Positions 1-11,605 of a stretch of 64,000 nt of DNA are shown here, piece after piece (position 1 is the first letter of the stretch; every line of letters starts with the position of its first letter). Source of the DNA: Octopus sinensis (lineage: Eukaryota); NCBI RefSeq assembly GCF_006345805.1, contig NC_043010.1:67766001-67830000 (forward strand). The letters are read 5' to 3'. The translations under genes were made by a program, and so were the position numbers. Below the pieces are notes generated by a model. It saw nothing but the letters and a program-made list of their open reading frames with translations. It had not been told where the DNA came from and made no database searches.

Positions 1-161
1 CTCCACCAGTTCCTCACAGGTTTACTCATTTTTGCCAGCTGAGTGGACAGGAGCAACATGAAATGAAGTGTTTTGCTCAAGAACACGGGTCACCCAGTCC
101 AGGAATTGAAACTGCAATCTTACAATCATGAGTCCAACACTCATAAGCCACACACTTCCAC
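1..161 (-). mobile_element. tRNA-derived SINE (family E, Meta-domain-like), partial
   Basis: Reverse complement has a tRNA-like head then gtgttcttgagcaaaacacttcatttcatgttgctcc; homologous to 7045-7382. Confidence 0.7.
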
Positions 162-710
162 TGTGAGTGGATTTGGTAGATGGAAACAGAAAGAAGCCCA
201 TCATGTATGTATGTGTGTGTGTGTGTGCATGTGTATCTTCCATGTGTGTTTGTTCCCCCTCCCACTTGACAACTGGTGTTTGTGTTTTTACATCCCCTTA
301 GCTTAGCGGTTCAGTGAAAGAGACTGACAGAATCAGTTACTAAGCATAAAAAATAAATATTATGGTCAATTGGTTCAACTATAATCCTTCAAGGTGGTGC
401 CCCAGCATGGCCACAGTCTATTCAAAGTTTGTGTATTTACATCCCGTTAGCTTAGCGGTTCAGTGAAAGAGACTGACAGAATCTGTTACCAAGCATAAAA
501 AATAAATATTATGGTCAATTGGTTCAACTATAATCCTTCAAGGTGGTGCCCCAGCATGGCCACAGTCTATTTAAAGTTTGTGTATTTACATCCCATTAGC
601 TTAGCGGTTCAGTGAAAGAGACTGACAGAATCTGTTACCAAGCATAAAAAATAAATATTATGGTCAACTGGTTCAAGGCTGTGCCCCAGCATGGCCACAG
701 AAACAACTGA
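162..710 (+). repeat. SINE family A fragment with its 3' part triplicated as a 150-bp tandem
   Basis: Units start near 278, 428 and 578 (gtttgtgt..tacatccc..cagcatggccacag). Confidence 0.8.
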
Positions 711-835
711 AAAACACAAGATCTTAAACATTTATCACAGCAAATATGGTCCTTCTCCACTCTTTTTCCTTCACCGAAGGAATGTTGGAGAACAGATGTT
801 CTAAATAGTTTCTTTTGCTTTCTCTCTTTTTGCAG

Positions 836-1053
836 GTCACGAACTGTTCACAGCCGCGTCCAGCGAGGTCCGGTCATCTGATCTGAGTTCAGACCCAAAG
901 CACCGAATCGCCTGCTTCAACTTACTTGTTTACATCCCCATGGTGTGTGCCACATTCCAGATGCTCATTTGGCTCCTGAAGTTCCGTCTTCACGGACATC
1001 GACTGCACTGGATCAAAGCTGTTCGCTCTGGATCCTCATCTTTAGCTGTATAA
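836..1053 (+). CDS. MFSD13A: Terminal coding exon of an MFS-fold transporter, MFSD13A/TMEM180-like
   Basis: Strong acceptor (tttcttttgctttctctctttttgcag, AG 834-835). Phase-1 frame is open to TAA 1051-1053: GHELFTAASSEVRSSDLSSDPKHRIACFNLLVYIPMVCATFQMLIWLLKFRLHGHRLHWIKAVRSGSSSLAV*. It matches, from recall, the MFSD13A C-terminus (GHDLF...[37 protein letters not shown]). Upstream exons lie left of the window. Confidence 0.85.
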
Positions 1054-1489
1054 GAACACTGGCTAAATTCATCTGTGTAAATGTATAGGGGCGGGGTGGG
1101 TGGGTGGGAATTATCATTCACATATACTCAGAGGTTGTATTTGGAGAAGGACAAATAATATTTTTTTTTTGTGTGTGTATAACTATGTATATACATATGT
1201 GAGATAGAGAGAAAGAGTGAGAGAAAGAAGGGATGAATGCAAGGATATCAAAATATTGTATAAGGCAGCTACTAAAATAAAACTGCTTTGTATAGACATC
1301 AATTTTACGATAGTCTATTGTCTATTTATTTTTGTAATGGTGCTAGAGGGCTGCCTTCACATATCTTTCTCTCTTTTCCAAATGGTGCAGCCCTTGTGTC
1401 ATATTTTCCAGCAAACTACTAAATTTCTAAATTTCTCATAGGATTTATGGTCTTTCAAAGTCATTCCCTGAGACTCGGTCATCATGTAG

Positions 1490-1925
1490 GTGCAGGCGTG
1501 GCAGAATTGTTAGCACGCAGGGCGAAATGTTTAGCAGTATTTCGTCTGCCGTTATGTTCTGAGTTCAAATTCCGTCGAGGTTGACTTTGCCTTTCATCCT
1601 TTCGGGGTCGATAAATTAAGTACCAGTCACGCACTGGGGTTGATGTAATCGACTTAATCCATTTGCCTGTCCTTGTTTGTCCCCTCTGTGTGTAGCCCCT
1701 TGGGGGCAATAAAGAAATAAGAAACATTAGCATGCCGGGCGAAATGCTTAGCGGTATTTCATCTGCTGTTACGTTCTGAGTTCAAATTCCGCCGTCGACT
1801 ATGCCTGTCATCCTTTCAGGGTCGATAAATCAGGTATCAGTTACACACCGGGGTCGATGTAATTGACCTAATCCCGTTGTTTGTCCCCTCTATGCTTAGC
1901 CCCTTGTGTGTAGTAAAGAAATAAG
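1490..1925 (+). mobile_element. Two tandem tRNA-derived SINEs (family B)
   Basis: ggcagaattgttagcacg...gagttcaaattcc (A/B-box-like) ...gccccttgg..aaagaaataag, present twice. Confidence 0.8.
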
Positions 1926-1928
1926 AAG

Positions 1929-2160
1929 CTTGCTTTTCAACCACATGGTTCTGGCTTCAGTCTCACTGCATGGCACCTTGGGCAAGTGTTTTTTTTCTAT
2001 AGCCTGAGGCTAACCAAAGCCTTGTGAGTGGATTTGGTAGACGGAAACTGAAAGAAGCCCGTTGTATATGTGTATGTATTTGTGCATGCGTCCGACGGAT
2101 AAGTAATAGGTTTACCAAGAATAAGTCCTAGGGTCAATTTCTTTGACTAAAACTAAAGAA
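1929..2160 (+). mobile_element. SINE family A (tRNA head + CORE-like ccttgggcaagtg segment), internally deleted
   Basis: ccacatggttc..ggcaccttgggcaagtg..ttgtgagtggatttggtagacggaaactgaaagaagccc. Confidence 0.75.
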
Positions 2161-2166
2161 TAAAAC

Positions 2167-2413
2167 AATTGCAGCGTGGAAGGTGTTTATAGGCCATTTA
2201 AGAAACACACAAAAACCATTAGATTCACTTCAACATTTAAATTTAATTTGCCAAATAAATGATCACTGATGCAGCGCAGAGTTTTGTCTGTGAACAGGTC
2301 GCGGTCTCAAAGCAAAGAAAATATTTTGACAAATTAAATTTAAATATTGAAGTGAATCTAACAGTTTTTGTGTGTTTCTTAAATAGCTTATAAACACCTT
2401 CCACACTGCAATT
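2167..2413. mobile_element. Fold-back (MITE-like) element with ~90-bp inverted arms
   Basis: aattgcagcgtggaaggtgtttata.. pairs with ..tataaacaccttccacactgcaatt. Confidence 0.75.
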
Positions 2414-2880
2414 ATTTTCATTCCAGCACACGATCTCAGATCAGGTCACTTGCTATGCAAGTACATCTCTGTAATAAAGAATAAAAGTATATCATAATGG
2501 CCTGAAAAATTCAACTTCAATGCCAGAAAATACGAAATCTCCTGCAGAGCAAAACGTTTGTTTCCGTTCCTTGATCTTAACTTGACTTCTTATTTTATTA
2601 GTTTGTTCATCATTGTCGACGATGACCAAAGATATCACCTGGGAGAAGATGAGGCGCAGTATGTCCAGGTATGGCTGATCCGTCTGGTGTGCGCTTGGAA
2701 GGGCTCTGGTGGTTTGCTTGGATTGAAGGCAAGGAGTTAGCTCTGGGCTTGTACAGTCCACCTTTTCTTTGTGCCCCTGCAATACTGTTTTGTTCATAGG
2801 AGGTAGAACTTATGTTGGTGCAGCTTCCCCAGGTAGGATGATCTTATGGTTGCATTTTCCAAGTTTTTGGGGGGTGGGGG

Positions 2881-3141
2881 TTGATCTTAGAGGTCTTCTT
2901 CAGTGAAGCTTTCGTTGAGTCATTGAGAAGAACCCATCTTTTGATTCTTTCCCGTGTCAACTGGAGCTGTGACCTGTCAATGCAGAGGGGTAGCAGCTTG
3001 ACCTGGAGAAACACCCTGATCTCTGCACCCTGTCGAGTAACATTACTTCACACATCGGGTATTGTCTATATGTTAGACATGGCTGAAGCCCACTTAAGGG
3101 ATATCTCTGATCATTTAAATAGATAATACATACATACATAC

Positions 3142-3185
<44 letters not shown>

Positions 3186-3446
3186 GTATGTATGTATGTA
3201 TTATCTATTTAAATGATCAGAGATATCCCTTAAGTGGGCTTCAGCCATGTCTAACATATAGACAATACCCGATGTGTGAAGTAATGTTACTCGACAGGGT
3301 GCAGAGATCAGGGTGTTTCTCCAGGTCAAGCTGCTACCCCTCTGCATTGACAGGTCACAGCTCCAGTTGACACGGGAAAGAATCAAAAGATGGGTTCTTC
3401 TCAATGACTCAACGAAAGCTTCACTGAAGAAGACCTCTAAGATCAA
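2881..3446. repeat. Near-perfect 566-bp palindrome centred on (TA)n
   Basis: The ORF track gives identical mirrored peptides (2881-3126 + and 3201-3446 -). Only one mismatch seen by eye (3152/3175). Confidence 0.95.
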
Positions 3447-3453
3447 CTAAGAT

Positions 3454-5504
3454 TAATTTTCTCCTGTTTACGGAATTAATCTTTATTTGCGGTAGAAGCT
3501 TTGGCTGTTATTTCTAGTGGGTGAATGGCCTATTATAGCCGTTCCTTAATGGTTAATGTTGAACTTAAAAATGGTCTATGACTATTTAATTTTTTCCCAC
3601 TGGGCCGCTGGTGGCAATAAAATTCTACAAAATTTCCCTTGCCACCCTATATTGATTAATTATGAATTTTTGGTAGTTCCGTAATGGAATCGACGGCTGA
3701 TATTTATTTGCTGCCGATAAATTTGGCGCGAGTGCGACGATTTGAAAATTTTAGGTCAGATATTGCCTGGCAAGATTGGTATGCCTCGTGTAAATATCTG
3801 TTCCGACTTGGCTATTTCTTGCTGAAGAATCCGAGGGCTTATGGAAGATTGGCTTGATTTAATTTAATCAGGTTAGTTTACCATTAAACAGCGATGAAAC
3901 GGTATACCGTACAAGAAATTACAGGGTAAATGTTTTTTTAATTTTCTCCTGTTACGGAATTAATCTTATTTCTTTAGAGGTAAGCTTTGGCTGTTATTTC
4001 TAGTGGGTGAATGGCCTATTATAGCCGTTCCTTAATTGTTAATGTTGAACTTAAAAATGGTCTATGACTATTTAATTTTTTCCCACTGGGCCGCTGGTGG
4101 CAATAAAATTCTACAAAATTTTCCTTGCACCCTATATTGATTAATTATGAATTTTTTGTTAGTTCCGTAATGGAATCGACGGCTGATATTTATTTGCTGC
4201 CGATAAATTTGGCGCGAGTGCGACGATTTGAAAATTTTAGGTCAGAATTGCCTTGGCAAGATTGGGTATGCCTCGTGTAAATATCTGTTCCGACTTGGCT
4301 ATTTCTTGCTGAAGAATCCGAGGGCTTATGGAAGATTGGCTTGATTTAATTTAATCAGGTTAGTTTACGTTAAACAGCGGATGAAACGGTATACCGTACA
4401 AGAAATTACAGGGTAAATGTTTTTTTAATTTTCTCCTGTTTACGGAATTAATCTTTATTTGCGGTAGAAGCTTTGGCTGTATTCTAGTGGGTGAATGGCC
4501 TATTATAGCCGTTCCTTAATTGTTAATGTTGAACTTAAAAATGGTCTATGACTATTTAATTTTTTCCCACTGGGCCGCTGGTGGCAATAAAATTCTACAA
4601 AATTTTCCTTGCACCCTATATTGATTAATTATGAATTTTTTGTTAGTTCCGTAATGGAATCGACGGCTGATATTTATTTGCTGCCGATAAATTTGGCGCG
4701 AGTGCGACGATTTGAAAATTTTAGGTCAGAATTGCCTTGGCAAGATTGGTATGCCTCGTGTAAATATCTGTTCCGACTTGGCTATTTCTTGCTGAAGAAT
4801 CCGAGGGCTTATGGAAGATTGGCTTGATTTAATTTAATCAGGTTAGTTTACGTTAAACAGCGGATGAAACGGTATACCGTACAAGAAATTACAGGGTAAA
4901 AATGTTTTTTTAATTTTCTCCTGTTTACGGAATTAATCTTTATTTGCGGTAGTAGAAGCTTTGGCTGTTATTTCTAGTGGGTGAATGGCCTATTATAGCC
5001 GTTCCTTAATGTTAATGTTGAACTTAAAAATGGTCTATGACTATTTAATTTTTTCCCACTGGGCCGCTGGTGGCAATAAAATTCTACAAAATTTTCCTTG
5101 CCACCCTATTTGATTAATTATGAATTTTGGTTAGTTCCGTAATGGAATCGACGGCTGATATTTATTTGCTGCCGATAAATTTGGCGCGAGGTGCGACGAT
5201 TTGAAAATTTTAGGTCAGATATTGCCTTGGCAAGATTGGGTATCCTCGTGTAAATATCTGTTCCGACTTGGCTATTTCTTGCTGAAGAATCCGAGGGCTT
5301 ATGGAAGATTGGCTTGATTTAATTTAATCAGGTTAGTTTACCGTTAAACAGCGGATGAACGGTTTTATACCGTACAAGAAATTACAGGGTAAATGTTTTT
5401 TAATTTTCTCCTGTTTACGGAATTAATCTTTATTGCGGTAGAGTAGAAGCGTTGGTGTTATTTCTAGTGGGTGAATGGCCTATTATAGCCGTTCCTTAAT
5501 TGTT

Positions 5505-5507
<3 letters not shown>
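3454..5507. repeat. Tandem array, ~487-bp unit, about 4.2 copies
   Basis: Unit start taattttctcctgtt at 3454, 3939, 4426, 4911 and 5401; runs into (TA)n at 5506. Confidence 0.95.
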
Positions 5508-5537
<30 letters not shown>

Positions 5538-5619
5538 GGGGTTACTCCATACTTTTCTAGAGTACAAATTTATTATTAAATCTCTGAACGAGATGTAAAC
5601 AGTAACTGCTCGACAACGT

Positions 5620-5885
5620 AAAGTATACTAGCCATCTCAATATGGCTAACCACTAAGGGTGGGTGTTACTGTAGCTTTTAGACCCAGGAGATCATCGTCT
5701 CCAGCTGGCTTTAGGCACACTTTCTGTGCCGTTATGATATTTGCAAAGGGAGGTCATATTGCAAATAGCATAAGAGCACAGAAAGTGTGCCTAAAGCCAG
5801 CTGGAGACGATGATCTCCTGGGGCTAAAAGCTACAGTAACACCCACCCTTAGTGGTTAGCCATATTGAGATGGCTAGTATACTTT
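5620..5885. mobile_element. Fold-back element, 110-bp arms, 46-nt loop
   Basis: 5620-5729 is the reverse complement of 5776-5885 with one mismatch seen. Confidence 0.9.
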
Positions 5886-6182
5886 AAATTTATTATTCTT
5901 AAACAAGAATGTTGTTGATAGTGACTTTGAAGTTTTGGCCAGTTAAGCCATCACCTGACAATGGCTTAAGTGGCCAAAACTTCCAAGTCATTGTCAGTAT
6001 TATTTTTTAAGAATAACCTCATTTGGATGGTGCCTTTTACATGCAAGTCAAGGTGGTGCTGGCATCAGCCATGTTTGGATGGTGCTTGGAAGATGGAGAA
6101 AATAAATAATGGATATATAGGCATATTTCAAGAATTTTCAGAGCCACATCCAACCCATTAACCATCCAGGAATTCATTGCTT

Positions 6183-6478
6183 GTTTGTTCCTTCTCGAGC
6201 CATGCCTGGCTCATAAGGGCCAGTTTCCTGGTTTCCTTGGCGTATAGGTTCCCCACCTGGATGGGACACCGGTTCGTTGCAGGTGACCTGCAGGAGGTAA
6301 GAGTGAGAGAAAGTTGTGGCGAAAGAGTCAGCAGAAGTTCGCCATTACCTTCTGCCGGAGCCGCGTGAAGCTTAGGTGTTTCGCTCATAATCACACGCAT
6401 CGCCCGGTCTGAGATTCGAACCTGTGATCCCCTCGACCGCGAGTCCGCTGCTCTAACCACTAGGCCATGTGCCTCCAC
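6183..6478 (-). mobile_element. tRNA-derived SINE (family D), full length with TSD
   Basis: Head gtggaggcacatggcctagtggttagagcagcggactcgcggtcg..ggttcgaatc; 12-bp TSD aattcattgctt (6171-6182, 6479-6490). Confidence 0.9.
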
Positions 6479-7044
6479 AATTCATTGCTTAAATAGCCAT
6501 TAAATATAGTGGTGTAACATTATTGGACAGAGAGATTAAATAAGAAAGGACACACACACATAAAATCACAAAAGAAATTAAAACAGAAATCATTTCTCAA
6601 ATTTTATTTTAAGTTCTTAAAAAAAAAAACAGGTGAAAAGAAAAATTTGTTAATTTTTTTTTCAATAATATTAAGAATGGGTAAAACAAAAACAAAACAT
6701 AAAACCAGTTATTTAGTTAATATTCCACCCCCCACCCACCCTCATTTGATGTCCTGTTTCACGCTTTTTGTTTCATTGCATGTATGTATGTATGTGTGTG
6801 GGTTTGTATGTATATATGATTGTATGCATATGTGGGAGAATGATAGATTTAATCCGTCCACCCAGCTTCTTTTTTGGGGTTTTTTTTTTGTTTTTAAAAA
6901 AAAAATTACCTCTTGGCCGTAAGTTACCGTTTATTGGAAGAATCTCATCCGTTTTGCAAACACTCGGTCCAAATCTCTTGGGTTCGCTGACAACGTTACA
7001 GTAATCCCTTGCCATATCGTGGTTCACCTATCTGGAATATATCT

Positions 7045-7382
7045 GAGACCCCTTCGGTCACGACACAAACCATGGGATTGCACCTAGGAAGTTACCCTCC
7101 CAGGCACAAGTCCGGGCAAGGTTGTTTATGGAAGACCAGCAGTCGCCCATCATACCGGCCTCCCCTCTTTATGCCACTGATGTTACCCAAGGGAAAGGCA
7201 AAGGGGCCGATACAGTTTGGCACCAGTGACGTCGCAACTCATTTCTACAGCTGAGTGAACTGGAGCAACATGAAGTAAAGTGTCTTGCTCAAGAACACAA
7301 CACACAGCCCGGTCTGGGATTCGAACTCACAACCTCACGATTGTAAGCTCGACGCTCTAACCACTGAGCCATGCGCCTTCAC
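7045..7382 (-). mobile_element. tRNA-derived SINE (family E, Meta-domain-like), full length
   Basis: Head ggcgcatggctcagtggttagagcg..gagttcgaatccc, then gtgttcttgagcaagacactttac..ccagttcactcagctg. Confidence 0.85.
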
Positions 7383-7504
7383 ATATCTATATACATATAT
7401 ATCTGAAACAAATGCAGTTTATATATCAACTAAAAATTGGTTGATACTCACAAACACTCAGCACATCACGGATTTTTCTGGCTAATAGATGTAAATTTAT
7501 ACCT

Positions 7505-7736
7505 CTTTCTTTACTACCCACAAGGGGCTAAACACAGAGAGGACAAACAATGACAGACAAACAGATTAAGTCGATTATATCGACCCCAGTACGTAACTGG
7601 TACTTATTTAATCGACCCCGAAAGGATGAAAGGCAAAGTCGACCTCGGCGGAATTTGAACACAGAACGTAGCGGCAGATGAAATACCGATTAAGCATTTC
7701 GCCCGGCGTGCTAACGATTCTGCCAGCTCGCCGCCT
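7505..7736 (-). mobile_element. SINE family B, full length
   Basis: Reverse complement of the 1490-1722 copy. Confidence 0.85.
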
Positions 7737-9734
7737 TATAGATGTAAATTTATATCATGGACTCTGCAGTATATCGGGAGTTTCTGCAGGTGATGGGACT
7801 TTGCATTTTTTTAGATTTTAATTATTTCTGTGGGAGGTTTCGGAACGTAACGCCCGTGATAGTCAAGGGATTACTGTATAAGAAGCCTTGGTGTACTGCC
7901 TCCTTTTGCAGCAGGCAAACCACGAGTCATGGCATCTTCCGTTTTCTTCCTACAAGTCCTGGAGATTCTGTAAAGAAGATATGGGGACGGGGGGTTCTCC
8001 CCTCCCTTCTCTGACCAAATGCCAGAGGAAAAAAATAAATAAAATGATGGAGATCCAAACAAGAAAACGGGATTTAAAAAAAATTTAAGGGAAATAAATA
8101 AATAAAACTCTCCCAGTTGGCTTCAAATTTTGGCACAAGGCCCGCATGTTTAGTGGGGAACGGATTAAGTCGATTACATCGACTCCAGTGCTCAACTTGT
8201 ACTTATTTTATCGACCCCTGAAAGGGATGAAGGGCAAAGCTGACCTTGGCAGAATTTGAACTCGGAACAAAAAGACAGCCAAAATGCTGCTAAGCATTTT
8301 GCCTGGCACACTAATGATTCTGTCAGTTCACCACCTAATTGATATGAGCCAATAATTGCTAACGAAGGCATCAGAACAGACACAAAAAAAGCAGAGAAGA
8401 ACAGTACTACATACCTGACAATTTCAACTCTCTAAAACACAAACCCTTTAAGGACGGTAAAATAGGAATTTGTTGTCGTATTTACTGTTGCCTCCCCGAC
8501 TCTCCTTCACCGCAAGCCAACTTGTCTTATTTATTCCTGGATTAATGAACCAATGAGGGAGCCCCCTACGTGGTTGCTTGTTCAACAAACAAGAAATAGC
8601 AGCCAAATAAATATTCCCCCAAATCACATCATGTAAATTTAAGAAAAGAAAAATACAGAAAAAAAAAGGGTTACACAAGACAATATAAGCCAGGGATAAG
8701 ATATATATAAATTATGGAATGGTTAAGACTTGAATGATTGTGGTTATAGATAAGTTTGTAACTTGGTTAGCATTGCTAGTTGTTCAAGGAGCTCGTCTAG
8801 TAAACAAATAGACATTGGGTACATCTGCTCTGCTCTCAACCTAGGGGTACAATGATCTGACAGCTGGGGAGAGAGAGATAGAGAAACTGCATCAGTACTT
8901 GGTTGATACTTACAAACAGCTGAGTAAATTGGAGCAACATGAAATGAAGGGACTTACTCAAAAACAATGTACTGCCCACTCCAGGAATTGATCCCCTGAC
9001 CTTGTGATCATCAACTGAACACTCTTACCACTAGGCCCAAGGCCCATGTGCCTTCCCCATCCAAACAGAATATGGCTTTGCATAAGAATAAATTTATGTA
9101 GCCTTGATTCACTGCCATACATATCTTTTACTTGATTCAGTAGTCAGACTGTGGCCAGGCTGGGGCACCGTCTTCAAGAATCTTAGTCAAATGAATCAAT
9201 CCTAGTACTTATCCCATCAGTCTCTCTTGCCAAACTGCTAAGTTAAAGGGATGTAAATACACCAACACTAGCTGTCAAGCAGCAGTGGGGAACAAACACA
9301 CACACACACACATAAAAAAACCTTGATTAATATATTTTTTAGTTATCTTTTGTTATAAAAGTTACAGGTAGAAGATAATCAGTGCCTTACCATGTCTACC
9401 TTCATCAAACACCTTGAAAAATTTTGCAAGGAAACAGAAAACACACCTTAGAGCTTGATGTGAGCAGACCATACGAGAAGGGACCTCAACTCCTGGCCAA
9501 ACCTTCCTCTCATAAGAAACCTACAAAAGTAGCACACCAAACATTTCACACTTTGTTAGTGGGGTTGCAGGATCTGATATAAGGGCCTTGCAAGCAAGAA
9601 CTATTCCAATACAATGAGATATAAGTTTGCTGTGGGGCCATTTCCAACAGCATCTGATTCTGTAGTTCAGCTCTCTCTCTCTACACATACACACATTTAC
9701 CAAGTGGTGAAAATGCTGATGAATTATTTTACAT

Positions 9735-10045
9735 GGCACCTGTGCCGGTGGCACGTAAAAAGCACCATCCATACGTGGTCGATGCCAGCACCACCTTGAC
9801 TGGCTTCCGCACCGGTGGCACATAAAAACCACCAACTGATCGTGGCCATTGCCAGCCTCCCCTGGCACGTAAAAAGCACCCACTACACTCACGGAGTGGT
9901 TGGCATTAGGAAGGGCATCCAGCTGTAGAAACACTGCCAGATCAGACTGGAGCCTGGTGCAGCCTCCTGGCTTCCCAGACCCCAGTTGAACCGTCCAACC
10001 CATGCTAGCATGGAAAACGGATGTTAGATGATGATGATGAATGAA
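9735..10045 (+). mobile_element. SINE-like family C (~60-bp 5' tandem units, (GAT)n tail)
   Basis: ggcacgtaaaaagcac units, then ggagtggttggcattaggaagggcatccagctgtagaaac..ccaacccatgctagcatggaaaacg(gat)n. Confidence 0.85.
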
Positions 10046-10074
10046 ACTTGATATGATATCATCAATAATAATAA

Positions 10075-11285
10075 TAATCCTTTCTACTAAATGCACAGGG
10101 CCTGAAATTTTGTGGAAGGAGGAGACTAGTCGATTACATCGACCCCCAGTCTGTAACTGGTATTTAATTTATTGACCCCGGAAGGATGAAAGGCAAAGTC
10201 AAACTTGGCGGAATTTGAATAATAATCCTTTCTATAAAGGGCACTGGGCCTGAAATTTAGGGGAAGGGATAGTCTTACATTAACCCCCAGGATGTAACTG
10301 GTACTTAATTTATCGACCCCGAAAGGATGAAAGATTAAGTTAACCTCAGAACATAGCGGCAAGCACCATACTGCTAAGCATTTCGCACGGTGTGCTAATG
10401 ATTCTTCTAGCCCACTGCCTTAAGAATAATAAGAATAATGTTTACAAATTTTGCCACAAGGGCAGTGGGGATAGGCAATTACATTGACCCCAGTGTTCAA
10501 CTGCTACTTATTTTATCGATCCCGAAAGGATGAAAGGCAAAGTCAACCTCGGTGGGATTTGAACTCAGAACGCAGTGACAGACGAAATAGCATTAAGCAT
10601 TTCGCCCGGCATTCTAACGATTTTACCAGCTTGCCACCTTAATAATAATCCTTTCTAATATAGGCACAAGGCCTGGAATTTGAGGAGGTGGGGGGGGGGC
10701 TATCCGATCACATCAACCCCAGTACATGACTGGTACTTAATTTATCAACCGTGAAAGGATGAAAGGCAAAGTCGACCTCAGCAGAATTTGAACTCGGAAT
10801 GTAGCGATACGTGAAATACTGCTAAGCATTTTGTCCAGGGTGGTAAAGATTCTGCCTGCTCACTGCTTTAATAATAATAAGTTTTCTAATATAGGCACAA
10901 GGCCCGTAATTTTGTAATAGGGGACTAGCCAAATACATTGACCCCACTGCTGAACTTACTTTATTGACCTTGGAAGAATTTAAACCCAAGATTTAAATGC
11001 CATTAAACTTTGTCCCAGAGGGGTAACAGTTCTGCCAAGCTTGCTGCCTTAAACAATGGTAATAATAATGGCTTCAAATTTTGGCACAAGGCCTGGAATT
11101 TGGGGAACGGGGTCGGTGTAGTTAGTCAATTATATCAACCCAGTGCTCGAATGGTACTTATTTTATTAACCCCAAAAGGATGAAAGGCAAAGTTGACCTT
11201 GGTGGGGTTTGAACACAGGACGTATAGAGCCTGAAGAAATACTGCTAAGCATTTTGTCTGTTGCGCTGCCGATTCTATCATCTTG
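10075..11285 (-). repeat. Head-to-tail array of about 6 diverged family-B-related SINEs separated by (AAT)n
   Basis: Recurring aataataatcctttcta..ggcacaaggcc..gaaaggcaaagt..gaatttgaactc at about 210-bp spacing. Confidence 0.85.
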
Positions 11286-11291
11286 CAGTTT

Positions 11292-11605
11292 TTGGAGAAA
11301 AACTAGAGGTATTACTACACATCAGCTGGATGTATAATTTTAGTAAATATGTATGAATGACATGGTACAGATGAGCTGAGAGATAAACTGGATTTAAGCA
11401 GAATTATTGTATTTTCCAGTATACAAGTTGAATTTTTCAGACCAAAATTTGCAGCCAAAAAGCAGTAGGTTAACTTATACACCAAGATGATTTGGCAGGA
11501 CCAAAAGTTCCATGTTAAATGCAGCGGGATTTGGAAAGACAGATGTTGTTTGTTTACACTAGATGTTTATATTACATACTAAATAGATTTGTATGCCAGA
11601 AAATA
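11292..11605 (+). repeat. 314-bp direct repeat, copy 1
   Basis: Highly similar to 14344-14657. Confidence 0.9.

Noticed and set aside
926-1072. Minus-strand exon-like segment with an in-frame UGA after CxxC (selenoprotein idea)
   Set aside because: It is the antisense of the MFSD13A exon, which explains the sequence fully. The frame also hits TAA before the donor.
3810-3860. CTGAAGA in each tandem-array unit as a hammerhead array
   Set aside because: No GAAA after the short ATC/GAT stem and no cleavage triplet geometry.
6183-6478. tRNA-like heads of SINE families A, B, D and E as tRNA genes
   Set aside because: They continue into SINE bodies, have TSDs and lack complete cloverleaves.
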